Shown here: positions 10,087-19,527 of the stretch, piece after piece
How the letters are laid out: every line of letters begins with the position of its first letter
How positions within the stretch are numbered: the stretch's first letter is position 1
Assembly: GCA_021160985.1 (NCBI GenBank)
Contig: JAGHBN010000159.1
Location: forward strand, 1 to 43,130
Source of the DNA: Thermococcus sp.
Lineage (GTDB): Archaea; Methanobacteriota_B; Thermococci; Thermococcales; Thermococcaceae
Direction of reading: 5' to 3'
Length of the DNA stretch: 43,130 bases
The notes under the pieces: generated by a model
What the model saw: the letters and a program-made list of their open reading frames with translations, nothing else
Told to the model about the DNA's origin: nothing
Databases searched by the model: none
Translations under genes and position numbers: made by a program

Positions 10087-11626
10087 GGCCCTTGTCATCA
10101 TGATCATTCTAACGCTGTCTATTTTGTCCCTTCCGGCTCAGGCTGAAGTTTTGATCTTGATTCAGCCCCTCAACAACGATTTCTATGCGGTTCCCGGGAA
10201 CACCATAGTGGTCCCCTACATGCTCTCAAACCTCGGAAACGAAGTAATTTCAAACGTGACCGTCTACGTGGCCGGACCCACCAGCGGTTTTCAGTACGGA
10301 ATAAAGGTGATGGAAGGACCCATTTTGCCGGGCGACTCCTACAACGACACCATAACACTCACGGTTCTTAACGCCGGGCCAGGGGAGTATACGCTCAAAC
10401 TCGTGGCGAAATTCGGGAACGTTTCCTTCGAATCCCCGATACGGGTGATAGTTAAGCCCGTTATTGACTACATTCCAAGGATTAAGGTGGGTGAGAGGTA
10501 CATCTACGGCAACGACGTTAACATAAGCCTGGAGATAGTCTCGACGGCAACCACTATACTGAGCGGGAGGCTCGGCTATACCGTGGCGCTCAACGGCACG
10601 GTAATAAAGAACGTCACTTCCGTAACCTTTGTAAAGCCGGGGGACGTCTGGAGAGGGAGCATTTATCTTGCGAAACCTGAGCTGGGAATCTACACGGTCC
10701 GATTCTGGGTCAACATGAGCGGTGTTTACAAGGAGACCACGGCAACGTTTGAAGTTTACAGGAGGGATCTGAGGTACTCCACCGACTTCAAAAATGGGGC
10801 AATCCATGTTTTTGTTTACGATGCGCAGGGCAGAGGGGTGGAGGGAATTCCGGTTTACATCAACGGTGTGGAGTTCCGGACAGGGATCGATGGCACCGCA
10901 ACGTATCTCGTGACGGCCCCGGGTGTTTACAACGTCCTCCTGAACCTGGATGGAAAGGTTGTGGAGGAGACCATCACTGTGGCCCAGCTTGCGTTGGATG
11001 TCACTCAGAAAGGCACCGAGCTCTTCGTTAGGGTTCGTACGGCCCAAAAACCACTTTCGGGAATAGTCGTGACGGTGTCGGGCCCGAAGGGCTCAACTTA
11101 CGGGGTTACAAACGAGGGCGGTGTTGCGGTAGTTAACCTCAACATGACGGGTTATGGTTCGCTGATAGTCTCCGCGGAGAGTGAAAAGTACCTCGGGGCG
11201 AGCATAACCTTCAACGCCACCCCTCCGCAGACGCCAACCCGGACCTCGACCACATCAACCACTCCCATAACTAACACGACAACCACTTCAACTACATCAA
11301 CCACTTCAACAGCGGAGGGAGTCCCGCGGGGAAGCATGGTTCTCGGGCTTTTGCTGGTACTGAGCGGCTTGGTGTTTGCTGGAACTTCGTACCTGGCCTT
11401 TTTCAGCCCCGTAGTCCAGGAGGAAATGCTTGACAAGTACTACTTCGTTAAGGTCAGGGCACCGCGGATGAAGCCCCTTGATAACTTCCGCTTTGAGAAG
11501 CCGGTAACGGCCCTTGAGGTCAGGGCCACCAAGGGGAAGGCGAGCATAGAGGACAACAGGGTGGTCTGGGAGATAGGGCACCTTGAACCTGGCGAGGAGG
11601 CCTACCTTCAGGTCATCCTCGGGTGA
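10076..11626 (+). CDS. Secreted/cell-surface glycoprotein: Ig-like domains, Thr-rich linker, TM helix, C-terminal domain
   Basis: Signal peptide, many N-x-S/T sequons, PPQTPTRTSTTSTT linker, hydrophobic helix, then a ~70-aa tail. Confidence 0.8.
   Translation: MRTKALVIMIILTLSILSLPAQAEVLILIQPLNNDFYAVPGNTIVVPYMLSNLGNEVISNVTVYVAGPTSGFQYGIKVMEGPILPGDSYNDTITLTVLNAGPGEYTLKLVAKFGNVSFESPIRVIVKPVIDYIPRIKVGERYIYGNDVNISLEIVSTATTILSGRLGYTVALNGTVIKNVTSVTFVKPGDVWRGSIYLAKPELGIYTVRFWVNMSGVYKETTATFEVYRRDLRYSTDFKNGAIHVFVYDAQGRGVEGIPVYINGVEFRTGIDGTATYLVTAPGVYNVLLNLDGKVVEETITVAQLALDVTQKGTELFVRVRTAQKPLSGIVVTVSGPKGSTYGVTNEGGVAVVNLNMTGYGSLIVSAESEKYLGASITFNATPPQTPTRTSTTSTTPITNTTTTSTTSTTSTAEGVPRGSMVLGLLLVLSGLVFAGTSYLAFFSPVVQEEMLDKYYFVKVRAPRMKPLDNFRFEKPVTALEVRATKGKASIEDNRVVWEIGHLEPGEEAYLQVILG
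11218..11312 (+). repeat. Low-complexity Thr/Ser-coding repeats (ACCAC(A/T)TCA units)
   Basis: Imperfect 9-bp repeats encoding the Thr-rich linker. Confidence 0.7.
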
Positions 11627-11672
11627 ATTCTTACCTTTTCTTTCGCAAACCTTATTAAGCAACGTGGACACA

Positions 11673-11690
11673 TTCAGATAGGAATCTGAA
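11673..11690. promoter_or_regulatory. Perfect inverted repeat TTCAGAT-N4-ATCTGAA between TATA box and RBS of the aminopeptidase gene
   Basis: Seen directly; TATA-like CTTATTAA at 11651-11658 and GGAGG at 11691-11695. Confidence 0.5.
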
Positions 11691-11703
11691 GGAGGCGAAA
11701 GCC

Positions 11704-12741
11704 ATGGTGAACCTTGAATTGCTGAAAAAGGTTGTTGAGGCGCCGGGAGTTTCCGGCTACGAGTTCCTTGGAATAAGGGACGTCGTTCTTGAGGAGCTGA
11801 AGGACCACGTGGACGAGATATACGTCGACAAGCTGGGCAACGTCATAGCCTACAAGAAGGGCAGCGGTCCGAGGATAATGATCGCGGCCCACATGGACAA
11901 GATAGGTGTCATGGTCAACCATATAGACAAGGAGGGCTACCTCCACGTAGTCCCCGTTGGAGGCGTTGACCCCAGAACCCTAGTCGCCCAGAGGATAAGG
12001 TTCTTCACCGAGAAGGGCGAGCGCTACGGCGTCGTCGGCCACATACCGCCGCACCTCCAGAAGCCCGAGGACAGGAAGAAGGCCGCCGACTGGGATACCA
12101 TCGTTGTGGACGTTGGCGCTGAGGGCAGGGAGGAAGCCGAGGAGATGGGCTTCCGCGTTGGAACCGTCGGTGAGTTCGCCCCAGCCTTCGTCCAGCTCAA
12201 CGAGAACAGGATTGCAACGCCATACCTCGACGACCGCGTTTGCCTCTACGCCATGATAGAAACTGCGAAAGCCGTTGAGAGCCACGAGGCGGACATATAC
12301 TTCGTCGCGAGCGTTCAGGAGGAGGTGGGCCTCCGCGGTGCCAGGGTCGCGAGCTACGCGATTGACCCGGAGATAGGAATAGCGATGGATGTCACCTTCG
12401 CCAAGCAGGTCGGAGACAAGGGCAAGATAGTTCCGAAACTCGGCGGCGGCCCGGTCATGGACGTCGGTCCGAACATCAACCCCAAGGTTCGCGCCTTCGC
12501 AGATGAGGTTGCGAAGAAGTACGGCATTGAACTGCAAGTCGAGGCCAGCCCGAGGCCGACCGGAACCGACGCCAACATAATGCAGATCAACCGCGAGGGC
12601 GTTGCGACGGCAGTTCTCAGCATACCGATACGCTACATGCACAGCCAGGTCGAGACCGCCGACCTGAGGGACATCGACAAGACCATCGAGTTCGCCAGGC
12701 GCTTCCTTGAGGAGCTCAGGCCGATGGACCTCACTCCATGA
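11704..12741 (+). CDS. M42 family TET aminopeptidase (lysyl aminopeptidase/TET3-like)
   Basis: Motifs [23 protein letters not shown] and RYMHS. Confidence 0.93.
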   Translation: MVNLELLKKVVEAPGVSGYEFLGIRDVVLEELKDHVDEIYVDKLGNVIAYKKGSGPRIMIAAHMDKIGVMVNHIDKEGYLHVVPVGGVDPRTLVAQRIRFFTEKGERYGVVGHIPPHLQKPEDRKKAADWDTIVVDVGAEGREEAEEMGFRVGTVGEFAPAFVQLNENRIATPYLDDRVCLYAMIETAKAVESHEADIYFVASVQEEVGLRGARVASYAIDPEIGIAMDVTFAKQVGDKGKIVPKLGGGPVMDVGPNINPKVRAFADEVAKKYGIELQVEASPRPTGTDANIMQINREGVATAVLSIPIRYMHSQVETADLRDIDKTIEFARRFLEELRPMDLTP

Positions 12742-12810
12742 GCTTCTTCTTTTCCCTATTCTGGAAAAGTTTATTTCTGGGTGCGTCCTATTCTTTAATG
12801 GTGTGGCAGT

Positions 12811-13404
12811 TTGAGGGAGAACGCGTTCCCACCCTCCCGTGGGACTTCCAGGATACTAATCGTGCCGATAGGTGGCATCGAGGAGTTCCTCGTATGGGGG
12901 ATTGCTGACTTTGTCGGGCAGTACTATTCCTCTCTCGGTCTTTCGGTGAAAATCGGGGATGTCATCCCTGAGGAAGTCTTTTCTCGGGCTTACAATCCAC
13001 TGAGACGGCAGTATGCCGGGAGGTTTTTCCTGCCGGTTCTTGCAGAGGTAAGAAAGAGGAAAAATGCCGCGGCGGCCCTGGGGGTAACCCGGCTGGACCT
13101 TTATGAGGAGGGGCTCAACTTTATCTTTGGCCTTGGGCATGCCGGCCTTAGAGCCGCAATAATCTCGACATTCCGTCTCAGGCCCGAGTTCTGCGGAGAA
13201 TCCAGTGATGGTGAACTCCTCCTCACCAGGGCCATAAAGGAGGCCATGCACGAACTCGGGCACGTCTTCGGTCTGGGGCACTGCCCCGACGAGAGGTGTG
13301 TGATGCACTTCTCAAACTCTGTAATTGACACGGACATTAAAAGCCCGTTCTACTGCCGCTCATGCAGGAGAAAGCTTGAGAAAAATTTGGGGGTGAGTTC
13401 ATGA
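12811..13404 (+). CDS. amzA: Archaemetzincin family Zn metalloprotease
   Basis: HELGHVFGLGHC-x4-CVM, plus C-terminal CRSC. Confidence 0.92.
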   Translation: MRENAFPPSRGTSRILIVPIGGIEEFLVWGIADFVGQYYSSLGLSVKIGDVIPEEVFSRAYNPLRRQYAGRFFLPVLAEVRKRKNAAAALGVTRLDLYEEGLNFIFGLGHAGLRAAIISTFRLRPEFCGESSDGELLLTRAIKEAMHELGHVFGLGHCPDERCVMHFSNSVIDTDIKSPFYCRSCRRKLEKNLGVSS

Positions 13405-13952
13405 TCGAGGTGGAACTTAAGGGATACGCTGATTCCAAGATCTTTGAGAGGGTCAGGGAGAATTTCAAGTTTTTGCGCAAGGAGTATCACGAGGACACTT
13501 ACTACCAGCACCCGTGCAGAGACTTTTCCAAAACGGATGAGGCGCTGAGAATAAGGATAAGACGGTTCAACGGGCATTTTGAGGCTTTCATGACGTACAA
13601 AGGTCCAAAGGTCGACGAAGTGTCAAAGACACGGGAGGAGATAGAGGTTCCCATCTCAGACCCTGATGAGCATGTGATGATTCTTGAGAAGCTGGGCTTC
13701 AAGGAGGTGCTTGTGGTATCGAAGGTGAGGGAAAAGTATTACGTTGAAAAAGGCATTGTAATAACCCTCGATACGGTGGAAGGGCTTGGGGACTTCGTGG
13801 AGATAGAGGCCATTGTTGAAGACGAGAGGCTCGTTCCCCAGACAGTTGAAAAGCTGAAGGCGATTCTTGAAGAGCTGGGTGTTAAGAGGTTTGAGAGGAG
13901 GTCTTACCTAGAACTCATGCTTGAGAAGGGAGGGGAGGATGGGGAAGCTTGA
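13401..13952 (+). CDS. cyaB: CYTH/TTM protein (class IV adenylate cyclase-like)
   Basis: N-terminal EVELK, LRIR, TYKGPK, REEIE, LGDFVEIE. Confidence 0.9.
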   Translation: MIEVELKGYADSKIFERVRENFKFLRKEYHEDTYYQHPCRDFSKTDEALRIRIRRFNGHFEAFMTYKGPKVDEVSKTREEIEVPISDPDEHVMILEKLGFKEVLVVSKVREKYYVEKGIVITLDTVEGLGDFVEIEAIVEDERLVPQTVEKLKAILEELGVKRFERRSYLELMLEKGGEDGEA

Positions 13953-14742
13953 TGAATTTTTCAAAGTATTTTCTCCAGAGAAGAAACGTTCGGAACTTGA
14001 GATACTTGAGGAGGTTGAGGACTACGCTGCCAGCGGAGAGTTCGGGAGGGCCATAGAGGAGGCCAGCCTCATAGAGACCGAAAGAAACAGATTTTTGGCA
14101 GTTCGGCTTATACTCAGGAGAGTCCTGAAACAGCTTGAAAATGATGAGAAGAACGTGAGCGGTGTGGGGGAAGTTCTGAGGGGTGTGGTTCCCCTGGTAA
14201 ACTCCCTAACGAATCAGAGGTACAAGGCGCTCCTGACGGCTGACATTGCCCTGATTTTGTACTACCTTGGTGACGAGTTCAGGGGAGACCTGTCACTGAA
14301 GACCGCAATCAACCTAGCCGAGGGCCATGACGATGTCCTCCTTGAGATAATCCGGGAGCTCGTCAGGAGGGGGCTCCTTGAAAAGGCCGCAGGGGCCCTG
14401 AAGCTTGTCAGGGACAGGGATAAGCTCGACAGCATTCTTGTGACAATATCGGAGATGTACTACCGCATGGGGGACATTGAGGGGGCAAAAAAGGTCGTAA
14501 AGCACATCAAGAATCCGTTTCACAAGGCAATGGCTCTTTATTACATGGCCCTTGTTGAGGCGCCCCGCGATAAAGAGGCTGCGAGGGCGCTATTGGATGC
14601 GGCAATAAAGGTGGCAGAGAGGGTGGAGGCTCCAGACGCCAGGTTTGAGCTGATTTTGAAGCTCTACGACCTATGGATTGCACTCGAGGGCGAGTCTATA
14701 CGCCTTACGGATGTTTTGAAGAATGAAAGAAGTCCTCAATGA
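13939..14742 (+). CDS. Alpha-helical repeat (TPR-like) hypothetical protein
   Basis: Helical-repeat pattern; overlaps the cyaB stop; ATG 13939 follows GGGGAGG. Confidence 0.7.
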   Translation: MGKLDEFFKVFSPEKKRSELEILEEVEDYAASGEFGRAIEEASLIETERNRFLAVRLILRRVLKQLENDEKNVSGVGEVLRGVVPLVNSLTNQRYKALLTADIALILYYLGDEFRGDLSLKTAINLAEGHDDVLLEIIRELVRRGLLEKAAGALKLVRDRDKLDSILVTISEMYYRMGDIEGAKKVVKHIKNPFHKAMALYYMALVEAPRDKEAARALLDAAIKVAERVEAPDARFELILKLYDLWIALEGESIRLTDVLKNERSPQ

Positions 14743-15556
14743 TGATCTCTGCGAGCTCACTCTTTTGTGATTTCAGTCTGGTGTAAGCTTCCAGAGCTGG
14801 CGGAAGCTTTATCCCGAGCTCCTTAAGCTCCCCTATTTTTGGTATAAGCTCCTTGGGAGTGCCCTCGAGAATGATCCTTCCGCTATTGATCACCACTATC
14901 CTGTCGGCCCTTCTGAACAGAAAATCGGTGTTGTGGTCGACCAGGACAATTGTTATTCCCTCTTCGCGGTTCAGCTTTGAAATCATCTCGAGAACGCTTC
15001 TCCTACCTGCCGGGTCGAGCTGGGTTGTGGGCTCATCTAGGACGAGGACCTTGGGCTTCATTGCGAGTATCGCTGCTATGGCAAGCCTCTGCTGTTCCCC
15101 ACCGCTGAGATTGGGCGGGAACTCCTCCCGCTTGTCCTCGAGCCCCGCTATCCTGAGTGCCCACTCAATCCTTTCCAGCATTTCCTCCCTGGGAAGGCCG
15201 AGGTTCTCAAGTGCAAAGGCCACTTCCTCTTCTACGGTCATGTTGAAGAGCTGGCTCTCAGGGTTCTGGAGAACCAGCCCAACTATCGTTGAGAGCTTCG
15301 GGACGGGGGTGTCGTTCGTTGAGTACCTCTTCCCGGTCTCTGGGTCGGTCACGATGACCTCTCCCTCGAAGTCCCCCCGTATGGAGTGGGGGATTATGCC
15401 GTTGAAGGTCAGGCAGAGTGTGGACTTACCGCTCCCGCTGGGCCCCACTATTCCCAGGAACTCCCCTTTCCTGATGTTCAGGTTTATCCCGTCTAGAACA
15501 TAGCGCTGGCTCCTCCTGTATTTGAAGCGGAGGCCTCTAACTTCGATGACGTTCAT
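14705..15556 (-). CDS. ECF transporter ATPase (EcfA/CbiO)
   Basis: GPSGSGKST, Q-loop LQNPESQLF, LSGGEQQR, LDEPT. Confidence 0.92.
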   Translation of the reverse strand: MNVIEVRGLRFKYRRSQRYVLDGINLNIRKGEFLGIVGPSGSGKSTLCLTFNGIIPHSIRGDFEGEVIVTDPETGKRYSTNDTPVPKLSTIVGLVLQNPESQLFNMTVEEEVAFALENLGLPREEMLERIEWALRIAGLEDKREEFPPNLSGGEQQRLAIAAILAMKPKVLVLDEPTTQLDPAGRRSVLEMISKLNREEGITIVLVDHNTDFLFRRADRIVVINSGRIILEGTPKELIPKIGELKELGIKLPPALEAYTRLKSQKSELAEIIIEDFFHSSKHP

Positions 15557-17034
15557 TTCCTCTTCACCATCCTCGGGGCAAGGAAGAGGACGCTTATGAT
15601 GAAGACCAGTGTCGAGAATATCTCAAGCCTTCCAATCCACATGTGGAGTATCAGGAGTATCTTTACGTCGGGTGGAAGCGCCGGGGAGGTTATTCCAACG
15701 CTCAGTCCAACGTTGCCCTGTGCGGAGGCGGCTTCGAAGAAGGAGTCTACGAGGGGGGCCGCAAGGCGGAGGGATATGTACACGGTCCCAAGAAGTAGGA
15801 TTGCTATGTAAGTCATTGTGAAGCTCATGACCTCCTGTATGTCCGACTCCGTGAAGGTGTAGTCCCCGACTTTCTTCTTTATGACTGCCCCACGTGGGAG
15901 TATGGCCTGCTGGAGCGTCCACTTTAGGCTCTCGTACATAAGCGTAACTCGTATAAGCTTTATTCCACCGGCGGTGCTTCCGGCTCCACCTCCAACAACC
16001 ATGAGGATTGCAATCAGGAATTTGGCGAGCTCGGGATATTTGGAGAGGTCTGCTATTCCAAAACCTGTACAGGTGATGGCAGAGACGGCATGGAAAACCG
16101 CCTCCCGGAGTGCAGCCCCAACTGCGCCCCCGTTCTCAACGAGTATGTATGCAATGAGCGTTACAGTGGGTGTCAGAAAGATGAACATGTACTTGACCTG
16201 AATGTCGTCGAAGAAGGCCTTCAGGCGCTTGCTGCTGAACATCTTGTAGTGGACTGTAAAGTTCACTGCACCCATTATCATGAGGAATATCGTAACGGCC
16301 TCTATGCTCATGCTGTTGAAGAATCCTATGCTCTCGTCATGGGTGCTCATACCACCGGTTCCAAGGCCGGTCATTGAGTGTGTAACCGCGTCAAACAGGT
16401 TCATCCCGTTGATGTAGTAGAGGTAGACGCCGAGAAGCGTCAGGACGAGGTATATCTCAAAGATTACCTTTGAGGTGTTGACGAGGTTGGGAAGAATCCT
16501 CTCGCTTCTTGCCTCGGCCCTGTAGAGCCTTGCAGCTGCCACTCCTGGCCGGATAAGTATCGTGAGCGCGACGAGTACTATTCCTATTCCCCCGAGCCAC
16601 TGCATCCAGGCACGCCAGAAGAGGATTATGTGGGGGTAGGTCGAGAGATTGCTCATCATGGTGAGGCCGGTTCCGGTCCATGCGCTCATGCTCTCAAAAT
16701 ACGAATCCAGAAAAGACATATCGGCAATGTAGATGAAAGGAATCACGCTGATTAAGGATGCAAAAAGCCAGGTGAAGGCCGCAGCCACCATGGCCTGTCT
16801 GAGGTTGACGTCCTCAAGCTTTTCCTGGTGCCTTCCGAGCCAAGCTCCGAGGAGTATGCTAAACGTTCCCGGCACTGCGAAATATATCACGTAGTCTATC
16901 TCCTCGGGATAAAACCACGCTATCAGAACGGGGAAGAGGTAAGCGAGCCCGACACCCTGAAGGATTGATCCTATGAGATTTTTAACTACGAAAATATCGT
17001 CTGAGATGTTTATGTACTTCCCAAGCTCTAGCAT
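15553..17034 (-). CDS. trkH: Trk potassium uptake membrane subunit
   Basis: Four pore loops (WTGTG, GTGG, TCTG, GNVG), GSTAGGIK, WIGRLEI. Confidence 0.95.
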   Translation of the reverse strand: MLELGKYINISDDIFVVKNLIGSILQGVGLAYLFPVLIAWFYPEEIDYVIYFAVPGTFSILLGAWLGRHQEKLEDVNLRQAMVAAAFTWLFASLISVIPFIYIADMSFLDSYFESMSAWTGTGLTMMSNLSTYPHIILFWRAWMQWLGGIGIVLVALTILIRPGVAAARLYRAEARSERILPNLVNTSKVIFEIYLVLTLLGVYLYYINGMNLFDAVTHSMTGLGTGGMSTHDESIGFFNSMSIEAVTIFLMIMGAVNFTVHYKMFSSKRLKAFFDDIQVKYMFIFLTPTVTLIAYILVENGGAVGAALREAVFHAVSAITCTGFGIADLSKYPELAKFLIAILMVVGGGAGSTAGGIKLIRVTLMYESLKWTLQQAILPRGAVIKKKVGDYTFTESDIQEVMSFTMTYIAILLLGTVYISLRLAAPLVDSFFEAASAQGNVGLSVGITSPALPPDVKILLILHMWIGRLEIFSTLVFIISVLFLAPRMVKRK

Positions 17035-17130
17035 GGGCCCACCGTAGGGTAAGGGGTAACCCCCAATATAAAGCTTTTCTCGGATGGGAAAGGTTTAAGG
17101 GCTTGTGTGACCTTTATTCTAAGGTGGTAG

Positions 17131-18021
<891 letters not shown>

Positions 18022-18130
18022 TGCCCTCTTTTCTTTTGCGGGAAAATTGGCTTGGCGTTTTAGTCCTTTTAAGCAAAGTTGTGAGAATTTGGAAGAGGGT
18101 TGAGACCCCTCCCGGACTCGGCAGTTTGAT

Positions 18131-18217
18131 TGGCGCCGGGGCAGGGATTTGAACCCTGGTGGGCGGACGCCCACGGGATCTCGAGTCCCGCGCCTTCCCA
18201 GGCTAGGCTACCCCGGC
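18131..18217 (-). tRNA. tRNA-Ser(CGA), CCA encoded, long variable arm
   Basis: Reverse complement GCCGGGGTAGCCTAGCCTGG...CGGGA-CT-CGA-GA-TCCCG...GGTTCAAATCCCTGCCCCGGCGCCA folds as a cloverleaf. Confidence 0.97.
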
Positions 18218-18256
18218 GCGTTTGGGAGTTGCCGCTCCGATTTTATAAAGCTTTCC

Positions 18257-18312
18257 GCGAAAATTTTTTAACCTAAGTTAACTAAAACCTCATGGTGGCA
18301 AAAGTTTAAATC
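18257..18312 (+). promoter_or_regulatory. Tandem BRE-TATA promoters of the CBS gene; distal one overlapped by a Phr-like operator
   Basis: GCGAAAATTTTTTAACC and CAAAAGTTTAAATCC; 18264-18286 matches TTTnnTnnCn5GnnAnnAAA at 9 of 10 fixed positions. Confidence 0.5.
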
Positions 18313-18350
18313 CTTGGCTGCCCTAATAATAAATGCTGGGAGGTGACAGC

Positions 18351-19526
18351 ATGGTCGGAATTCTGGTGCAAGAGGTTATGACAGACAGGTTCCAGAAGAT
18401 AGACATCGACGCCCCGCTTTCTGAGGCGATCGGAATTCTTGAAAAAGAAGACCCCGATCTGATTCTGGTCTTCGACGGGAACCTGTATAAGGGCGTCCTG
18501 ACCCAGGACTTGATAATTAGGTCCCACCTGAAATGGGACCCCACCAAGGCCAAGGTTAGGGATGTCTACAAGCCCGCTCCGGTTATAAAGCCGGATGAAG
18601 ACTTGAGCAAGGCTGCAAAGCTCATGCTTGAGGTTGATCTCCGCTCCCTCCCCGTTGGGGAGAGCAAGGCTGAAATCATTGGAGTTATAAGCGACATTGA
18701 ACTCCTCAAGAGGATTTCCCAGGAGGAGTTTGGAAAGAGAAAGGTTGAGGAGTTCATGACCAGAGACGTGATAACCCTCAAGCCCGACGACACCGTTGCA
18801 AAGGCCCTTGCCACAATGCGCGACCACGCGATATCGAGGATACCAATCGTAGACGAGACTGGGAAGCTTGAGGGCCTCGTAACCCTTCACGACCTCATCA
18901 TAAGGTTCATCAAGCCCCGCTTCAAGGCCCAGTACGGAGAGGTCGCCGGTGAGAAGATACCTCCCTTCAGCATGCAGCTCCGCGACGTCATGATAAGGGG
19001 AGTCATAACCATACTCCCGGACGCGACCGTGAGGGAAGCAGTGGCCACGATGGTAGACAACGACATCGACGGGCTGGTGGTGGTGAACGAGGACAACAAA
19101 GTCGTCGGAGTGCTCACGGTGAAAGACCTGCTCCTTCCGATATCGAGGATGGTCGAAAAGGAGGCAAGGTTCTACCTCCAGCTGGGAGGCGACGCCGATA
19201 TACTCAGCGACTTCACGAGGGAGAGGATAATCAGCGACATAAGGCGCTTCATCGACGGCTATGAAGACCTGCTCGGCCAGGAGGGCATAATTTACCTCCA
19301 CATAAGGCGCTTCCCGGAGAAGTTCAGGGGGGTCCACCTCTACCAGGCAAGGATGAGGGTCGTCACCGACAGGGGCGTCTTCGTGGCGACGGGAGAGACC
19401 TGGGGCGCTATCCAGGCAGTCCACGACGCCCTCAGGGCCATCGAGAGGCAGCTCCTCCAGAAGGCAGAGCTTGAAAAAGATACGAGGTATTCGAGGCGCT
19501 TCCTTGAGAAGCTTGGCCTCGTCTGA
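18351..19526 (+). CDS. 4xCBS + C-terminal HPF/RaiA-like domain protein; probable archaeal ribosome hibernation factor (Hib-type)
   Basis: Four CBS repeats, then a ~120-aa beta-alpha-beta3-alpha domain ending 'ATGETWGAIQAVHDALRAIERQL', like the HPF terminal helix. Confidence 0.75.
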   Translation: MVGILVQEVMTDRFQKIDIDAPLSEAIGILEKEDPDLILVFDGNLYKGVLTQDLIIRSHLKWDPTKAKVRDVYKPAPVIKPDEDLSKAAKLMLEVDLRSLPVGESKAEIIGVISDIELLKRISQEEFGKRKVEEFMTRDVITLKPDDTVAKALATMRDHAISRIPIVDETGKLEGLVTLHDLIIRFIKPRFKAQYGEVAGEKIPPFSMQLRDVMIRGVITILPDATVREAVATMVDNDIDGLVVVNEDNKVVGVLTVKDLLLPISRMVEKEARFYLQLGGDADILSDFTRERIISDIRRFIDGYEDLLGQEGIIYLHIRRFPEKFRGVHLYQARMRVVTDRGVFVATGETWGAIQAVHDALRAIERQLLQKAELEKDTRYSRRFLEKLGLV

Positions 19527-19527
19527 A

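Noticed and set aside
18022-18130. Possible att site or integrated element at the tRNA-Ser 3' end
   Set aside because: No duplicated tRNA fragment or integrase in the window; only a weak GAGGG/CCCTC stem.
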